A DNA stretch of 64,000 nt from the human T2T-CHM13v2.0 reference genome, Homo sapiens: assembly GCF_009914755.1 (NCBI RefSeq), contig NC_060940.1; one strand, given 5' to 3'. The position numbers were made by a program, and so were the translations under genes. Below the pieces are notes generated by a model. The model ran no database searches and was not told where the DNA came from. It was given only the letters and a program-made list of their open reading frames with translations. Shown piece after piece: positions 56,701-64,000 of the stretch (positions within the stretch are counted from its first letter, which is position 1; each line of letters opens with the position of its first letter).

Positions 56701-58465
56701 ATTGCCTTTGATTCCATTCAATGATTCCATTCGGTTCCGTTTGATGATGATTCCGTTCGATTCCATTTGATGATTCCATTTGATTCCATTGGATGGGTCC
56801 ATTCGATTACATTCGATGATTATTCCATTCGAGTGCATTAGATGATTCCATTCGAGTCCATTCGATGATTCCATTCGATTCCATTCGATGTTGATTCTGT
56901 TCAAATCCATTCGATGATTCCACTCGATTCCATTCGTTGACTCCATTTGATCCCATTCGATGATTTCCTTTGATTCCCTTTGATGATCATTCCATTTGAT
57001 TCAATTCGGTGATTTCATTTGATTCCATTCAGTGATGTTTCCATTCGACTCCATTCGATGATGATTCCATTCGACTCCATTCGATTATGATTTCATTCAA
57101 TTCCATTCGATAATGATTCCCTTCGAGTCCATTCGATGATTCCATTCGATTCCATTCAACGATGTTTTGATTCGTGTCCATTCGATGATTCCATTTGATT
57201 CCACTTGATGATGATTCCATTCGAGTCCATTTGATGATTCCATTCAATTCCATACTCCGATGATTTCTTTTGAGCCCACTCAATGCTTCTACTCGATTCC
57301 ATATGATGATGACTCCATTCGATGAAATTCGATGATGATTCCATTCGCTTGCTTTCGATGATGATTCCACTTGAGTCCGTTAGAAGATTCTATTCAATTA
57401 CATTCCATGACGATTCCGTTCGAGTCCATTTGATGATTCCATTAGACTCCATTCGACGATGATTCCATTCGATGTTATTCCATGATTCCATTCGATATCA
57501 ATCGATGATGATTCCATTCAACTCCATTCGATGTTTCCATTCGAGTTCATTCTATTATTGCATTAGATTCCATTCGATGATGATTCCATTCGATTCCATT
57601 TGATGATTGCATTCTATTTCATTTGATGATGATTCCATTCGAGTCCACTCGATGATTCCATTCGAGTCCATTTAATGAATCCATTGGTTTCAATTCTATG
57701 ATGATTACATTGGATTCCATTCGTTGATGATTTCATTCGGTTCCATTCAATGATGATTCCATTCAATTCCTTTCAATGTTTCCATTCAATTCCATACGAT
57801 GATGATTCCATTTGATTTGATTCGACAGTGAGCCATTCGATTCAATTCCATGATGATTCTATTTGATTCAATTGGTTGACATTTCCATTCGATTCCATTC
57901 GATGATGATTCCCTTTGATTCCGTTCAAAGATGATTCCATTCTAGCCCATTCAATCATTCCATTCGATTCTATTCAATGATGATTCCATTCATGTCGATT
58001 TGGTGATTCCATTTGACTTCATTTGATGATGATTCCTTTCAAGTTCATTAGATGATTCCATTCGATTCCATTTGATGATGATCCCATTCGAGTCCATTCA
58101 GTGATTCCATTCGTTTCCATTCCATGATGATTCCATTCCTTTCCATTCAATGATTCCATTCGATTCCGTTTGATGATGATTTCATTCGAGTCCATTTGAT
58201 GATTCCATTTGATTCCATTCGATGATGATTCCATTCGAGTCCATTCGATGATTCTATTCGAATCCATTTGATGATTTCTTTTGATTATATTTGGTGATGA
58301 TTCCATTGGAGTCCATTCAATGATTCCATTCGATTCCAATCGATGATGATTCCATTAGAGTCCATTTAATGATTCCATTTGATTCCAGTCTCTGATGATT
58401 ACATTCGAGTCCATACGATGATTCCACTCAATTCCATATGATGATGATTCCATTTGATTCCATTC

Positions 58466-58517
58466 GGTGATTCCATTCTATTCTAATCAATGGTGATTCC
58501 ATTCTATTCTATTCAAT
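58466..58517 (+). repeat. 26-bp tandem duplication, second derived unit
   Basis: Identical doublet to 52159-52210. Confidence 0.92.
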
Positions 58518-59685
58518 GGTGATTCCATTGGAGTACATTAGATGATTCCATTCGATTCCATTCAATGATGATTCTATTTGTGTCCCTTAGATGATTCCAC
58601 ATGATTCCATTAGATGATGATACTATTTGAGCCCATCCAATGATTCCCTTCGATTCCATTCGATGAGGATTCCATTCGATTCAATTCATTGGTGATTCTA
58701 TTCAATTCAATTCTTTGATTCCATTCCATTCCATTCGACAATGATTCCATTCGATTTCTTTCGATGATTCCACTCGATTCCACTTGACATTGATTCCATT
58801 CGATTCCATTCAATGATTCCATTTGATTCCAGTGGATGATGATTGCCATCGATTCCATTCGATCACTCCATTCTATTCCATTTGATGATGATTACATTCG
58901 ATTCCATTTGATGATTCCATCTGATTCTATTCGAGGATTCCATTTGATTCCATTCGATGATGATTCCATTCGAGTCCATTCGATGATTTCATTCGAGTAC
59001 ATCCAATGATTCCATTCGAGTCCATTAGATGATTCCATTTGATTCCATTTGAAAATGATTCTACTAGAGTCCATTCAATGACTCCATTCGAGTCCATTCA
59101 ACAATTCCATTCGACTCCATTCGATGATTCCATTCGATTCCATTTGATGGTTCCATTCGCGTCCATTTAATCATTACAGTCGAGTCCGTTTGGTGATTCC
59201 ACTGGATTTCTTTTGATAATGATACCATTCAATTACATTTGATGATGATCCCATTCAATTTCATTTGATGATGATTCCATTAGAGTCCATTCGATGATTT
59301 CATTCGAGTCCCTTCATTGATTCCATCCGATTTCATTGGATGATGACTCCATTCGAGTCCATTCGATGATTCCACTCGATTCCATTAGATGACTCCATTG
59401 GAGTCCATTTGATTGTTCCATTCGATTCCATTCGATTCCTTTCGAAGATTATTCCATTTGAGTCCATTCGATGATGATTCCATTCTATTCCATTCGATGA
59501 TTCCGTTTGATTCCATTCGATGATTCCCTTCGATTCCTTTCTTTGATGATTCCATTCCATTCCATTCAATGATTCCATTCGAATCTATTCCATGATGATT
59601 CCTTTCGATTCCATTCGCTGATGTTTCCGTTCAATTCCATTCGATGATGATTCCATTCGATTCCATTCATTGAGGATTCCATTTG

Positions 59686-60025
59686 ATTCCATTCAATGAT
59701 GATTCCATTGTATTCCATTCAATGATTGCATTCAATTCCATTCAATGATTATCCCATTAGGGTAAACTCAACGATTCCATTCAATACCATTCGATGATGA
59801 TTCCTTTTGAGTCCATTCAATGATTTCATTCAAGTCCATTTGATGATTCCTTTCAATTCCATTCAATGATGATTCCATTCTATTCCATTCAATGATTGCA
59901 TTCAATTCCATTCAATGATTATCCCATTAGAGTAAACTCAACGATTCCATTCAATACCATTCGATGATGATTCCTTTTGAGTCCATTCAATGATTTCATT
60001 CAAGTCCATTTGATGATTCCTTTCA
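59686..60025 (+). repeat. 170-bp tandem duplication (2 copies), second derived unit
   Basis: Same doublet as 53379-53718, including the TAGGGTAAAC and TTGTATTCC variants in the first copy. Confidence 0.93.
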
Positions 60026-63000
60026 ATTCCATTCTATGATGATTCCATTCGAGTCCATTCGATGATTCCATTCGATTGCATTCGATGATTCCATTATATT
60101 CCATTCAACGGTGATTCCATTCGAGTCCATTCCATGATTCCATTAGAGTACATTTAATGATTGCTTTGTTTTCAATTCGAAGATGATTACATTGGATTCC
60201 ATTCTATGATACCATTCGATTCCATTCAATGATGATTCCACTCAAATCCATTGGATGATTCCATTCGTGTCCATTCGGTGATTTCATTAGATTCCATTCG
60301 AGGATGATTCCATTCGATTCCATTCGATGATTCCATTCAATTCCATTCGTTGATGATTCCATTCCAGTCCATATGATCATTCCATTTGATTTCATTCGAT
60401 GATGATTCCATTCGATTCCATTCGATGATTCCATTCTATTCCATTCGATGATGATTCCATTCGAGTCCATTCGATGATTCCATTCGAGTCCATTTAATGA
60501 TTCCATTGGGTTCAATTCAATGATGATTACATTGGATTCCGTTCTATGATTCCATTCAATTCCGTTCATTGACAATTTGATTCCATTCGATGATGATTCC
60601 ATTTGAGTTCATTCGATGATTCTATTCGATTCTCTTCGATGGTGATTCAATTCTATTATATTGGATGATTCCATTCGATTCCATTTGATGTTGATTCAAT
60701 TCGATTCTATTCGATGATGATTCCATTGGATTTCACTTGATGATTCTATTCGATTCCATTCAATGATGATTCACTTCTCGTCCATTGGATGATTCCATTT
60801 CATTCCATTCGATGATGATTCCATTCGATTCCATTCGATGATTCCATTTGATTCCATGCGACGGTGAGCAATTCGATTCAATTCCATGATGATTCTATTT
60901 GATTCAATTAGATGATGTTTCCATTCGAATCCATTCCATGATTATTCCATTGGAATCCATTCGGCGATGATTCCATATGAGTCAATTCAATGATGATTCC
61001 ATATGGGTCCGTTCGATGATAATTCCATTTGATTTCATTCGATGCTTCTATTCTATTCCAGTCGATGATGATTCCGTTGGAGTCCATACGATGATTCCAT
61101 TTGATTTCATTTGATGATGATTCCATTCGATGACGATTACATTGGATTCCATTCTATGATTCCATTCAATTCCATTCGTTGATGATTCGATTCCATTCAA
61201 TGATGATTCCATTTGAGTTCATTCGATGATTCTATTCGATTCCGTTCGATGGTGATTCAATTCTATTATATTGGATGATTCCACTCGATTCCATTTGATG
61301 ATTATTCCATTGGAGTCCACTTAGTGAATCCTTTAGATTCTACTCGACGATGATTCCATTCGAGTCCATTCGATGATACCATTCAATTCCATTCGTTGAT
61401 GCTTCCATTCAAGTGCATTCGATGATATCATTCGATTCCATTTGATGATAATTCCATTTGATTCCATGCGATGATTCTATTCGATTCCATTCAATGATAA
61501 TTCCATTCAATTCAGTGATTCCTCTGGACTCCATTTGATGATGATTCCATTCAATGATTCCATTCGATTCTATTCGAAAATGATTCCATTTGAATCCATT
61601 TGATGATGATTCCATTAGATTCCATTTGATGATTCCATTCGATTCCATTCGACGATGATTCCATTCGATTCCGTTTGATGATTCCATTCTATTCTATTCG
61701 ATGATGATTCCATTCGATTCCATTCGATGATGATTGGATTCGATTCCATTGGATGATTTCATTTGATTCCATTCGTTAATGATTTCGATCAATTCCATTC
61801 GATGATTCCATTCGATTCCATTCGATAATGATTACATCCGAGTCCATTCGATGATTCCCTTTGAGCCTGTTCGATAATTCCATTTGAGTCCAACCAATGA
61901 TTCCATTCATTTCCATTCAATGATTCCATTCGAGTCCATTTGATCATTCCGGTAGGGTCCATTCGATGTTGATTCCATTGGAGTGCATTCGATGATTCCA
62001 TTCGAGTCCATTTTAGGATTTGATTCGAGTCCTTTCGATGATTCCATTCGATTCCACTCGATGATGATTTCATTCCAGTCCATTCGACACTTCCAATCGA
62101 TTCCATTTGATGATTCCATTCGAGTCCAATTGATGATTCCATTCAATTCCATTCGATGATGATTCCGTACGATTCCATTCTGTGATGATTCCATGTGATT
62201 GCATTCAATGATGATTCCTTTCGATTGCATTCGATTATGATTCATTTCGTGTTCATTCTATGGTTCCACAGGTTTCCATTCGTGTCCATTCCATTATTCC
62301 ATTCTATTCCATTTGATGATGATTCCATTCGATTCCATTCATTGGTGATTCCACTCAATTCCATTCAATGATTCCATTCCATTTCTTTCAACAATGATTC
62401 CATTAGTTTCTAATCGATGATCCACTTGATTCCATTTGACGACGATTCCATTCTTGTCCATTCGATGATTCCATTTGATTCCATATGATGATGATTCCAT
62501 TCGATTCCATACCATGATGATTCCATTCGAGTCCATTCAATGGTGATTCCATTCAATTCCATTCGATGATTCCTTTCGATTCCATTCGATGATGATGGCA
62601 TTCGATTCCTTTCAATCATTCCCTTTGATTCCATTCAAAGGTGATTTCATTCAAGTCCATTCGATAATTGCATTCGATTCCATTCTATGATGATTCCATT
62701 CGAGTCCATTTGATGATTCCATTCAATTCAAGTCAATGATGATTCCATTCGATTCCATTCGATGATTCCATTGGATTCCATTCGATGATGATTCCATTCA
62801 AATCCTTTCGATAATTCAATTCAAGTCCATTCGATGATGATTCCAATCGAATCCATTCAAAGATTCCATTCAGTTCCATTCGATGATTCCCTTAGATTCC
62901 ATTCGATGATTCCACTTGATTGCATTTACGATGATTCCATTCGATTCCATGTGATGATTCCATTCAATTCTATTCAATGATGTCTCCATTTGATTCCATT

Positions 63001-64000
63001 CGACCATGATTGCCTTTGATTCCATTCAATGATTCCATTCGGTTCCGTTTGATGATGATTCCGTTCGATTCCATTTGATGATTCCATTTGATTCCATTGG
63101 ATGAGTCCATTCGATTACATTCGATGATTATTCCATTCGAGTGCATTAGATGATTCCATTCGAGTCCATTCGATGATTCCATTCGGTTCCATTCGATGTT
63201 GATTCTGTTCAAATCCATTCGATGATTCCACTCGATTCCATTCGTTGACTCCATTTGATCCCATTCGATGATTTCCTTTGATTCCCTTTGATGATCATTC
63301 CATTTGATTCAATTCGGTGATTTCATTCGATTCCATTCAGTGATGTTTCCATTCGACTCCATTCGATGATGATTCCATTCGACTCCATTCGATTATGATT
63401 TCATTCAATTCCATTCGATAATGATTCCCTTCGAGTCCATTCGATGATTCCATTCGATTCCATTCAACGATGTTTTGATTCGTGTCCATTCGATGATTCC
63501 ATTTGATTCCACTTGATGATGATTCCATTCGAGTCCATTTGATGATTCCATTCAATTCCATACTCCGATGATTTCTTTTGAGCCCACTCAATGCTTCCAC
63601 TCGATTCCATATGATGATGACTCCATTCGATGAAATTCGATGATGATTCCATTCGCTTGCTTTCGATGATGATTCCACTTGAGTCCGTTAGAAGATTCTA
63701 TTCAATTACATTCCATGACGATTCCGTTCGAGTCCATTTGATGATTCCATTAGACTCCATTCGACGATGATTCCTTTCGATGTTATTCCATGATTCCATT
63801 CGATATCAATCGATGATGATTCCATTCAACTCCATTCGATGTTTCCATTCGAGTTCATTCTATTATTGCATTAGATTCCATTCGATGATGATTCCATTCG
63901 ATTCCATTTGATGATTGCATTCTGTTTCATTTGATGATGATTCCATTCGAGTCCACTCGATGATTCCATTCGAGTCCATTTAATGAATCCATTGGTTTCA

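Larger units (their letters stand above)
51712..58018 (+). repeat. Derived 6307-bp unit (6112 + 26-bp duplication + 170-bp duplication - 1 bp)
   Basis: Landmark offsets shift by +26 at 52303, +196 at 53897 and +195 at 55599; the next unit starts at 58019. Confidence 0.93.
1..64000 (+). repeat. Human satellite 2 (HSat2/HSATII) tandem array, CATTC strand on +; probably subfamily HSat2B (chr16q11.2-type)
   Basis: Continuous degenerate ATTCCATTCG / GATGATG / GAGTCC 23- and 26-bp monomers with abundant TCGA and GANTC sites. This is the hallmark of HSat2, as opposed to the purer (CATTC)n of HSat3. The subfamily and locus are inferred from the 6112-bp period and were not verified by alignment. Confidence 0.97.
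58019..64000 (+). repeat. Derived ~6308-bp unit, second copy (cut by the window end)
   Basis: It carries the same 26-bp and 170-bp duplications; offsets are +26 at 58610 and +196 at 60204, 61907 and 63337. Confidence 0.93.

Noticed and set aside
284-63678. Many 60-132 aa minus-strand ORFs as a repeat-protein gene family
   Set aside because: They overlap in several frames with the same low-complexity peptides, follow the 23/26-bp DNA monomers, and are freely broken or extended by indels. There is no sign of coding constraint.
1-64000. CRISPR-like repeat/spacer array
   Set aside because: There is no constant repeat separated by unique spacers, all sequence is monomer-derived, and there are no cas genes.
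1-64000. HSat3 or alpha satellite
   Set aside because: CATTCC runs are short and GATGAT/TCGA motifs dominate. I saw no 171-bp alphoid monomers or CENP-B boxes.
1-64000. Inversions or inserted transposons (Alu, L1, LTR)
   Set aside because: I saw no GGAATGGAAT-oriented tract, poly(A) tail or non-satellite stretch on the + strand.

Overview
The whole 64 kb is one uninterrupted, single-orientation array of human (or great-ape) classical satellite 2 (HSat2/HSATII). It is built from CATTC-derived 23/26-bp monomers such as (GAT)GATGATTCCATTCGA(G/T)TCCATTC. I see no genes, transposons, RNA genes or inversions; the ORFs in the track are artefacts of the stop-poor GAATG strand. Using the recurring ORFs as landmarks, the monomers form a 6112-bp higher-order unit (landmark at 39488, 45600, 51712), which matches the ~6.1-kb HSat2B period I recall for the chr16q pericentromeric array. 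The left ~37 kb is a rearranged mosaic of truncated, deleted and chimeric units with inserts of divergent HSat2. The right ~27 kb is homogeneous, and a derived ~6308-bp unit (6112 + 26 + 170 bp) has formed and been tandemly copied there. One DUX4-type motif (TAATTGAATCA, minus strand) sits at a fixed position in each unit containing that block. I found no novel protein-coding system. The interest lies in satellite evolution visible in the sequence. All comparisons were made by eye and landmark arithmetic, so breakpoints are approximate (about +/-15 bp).
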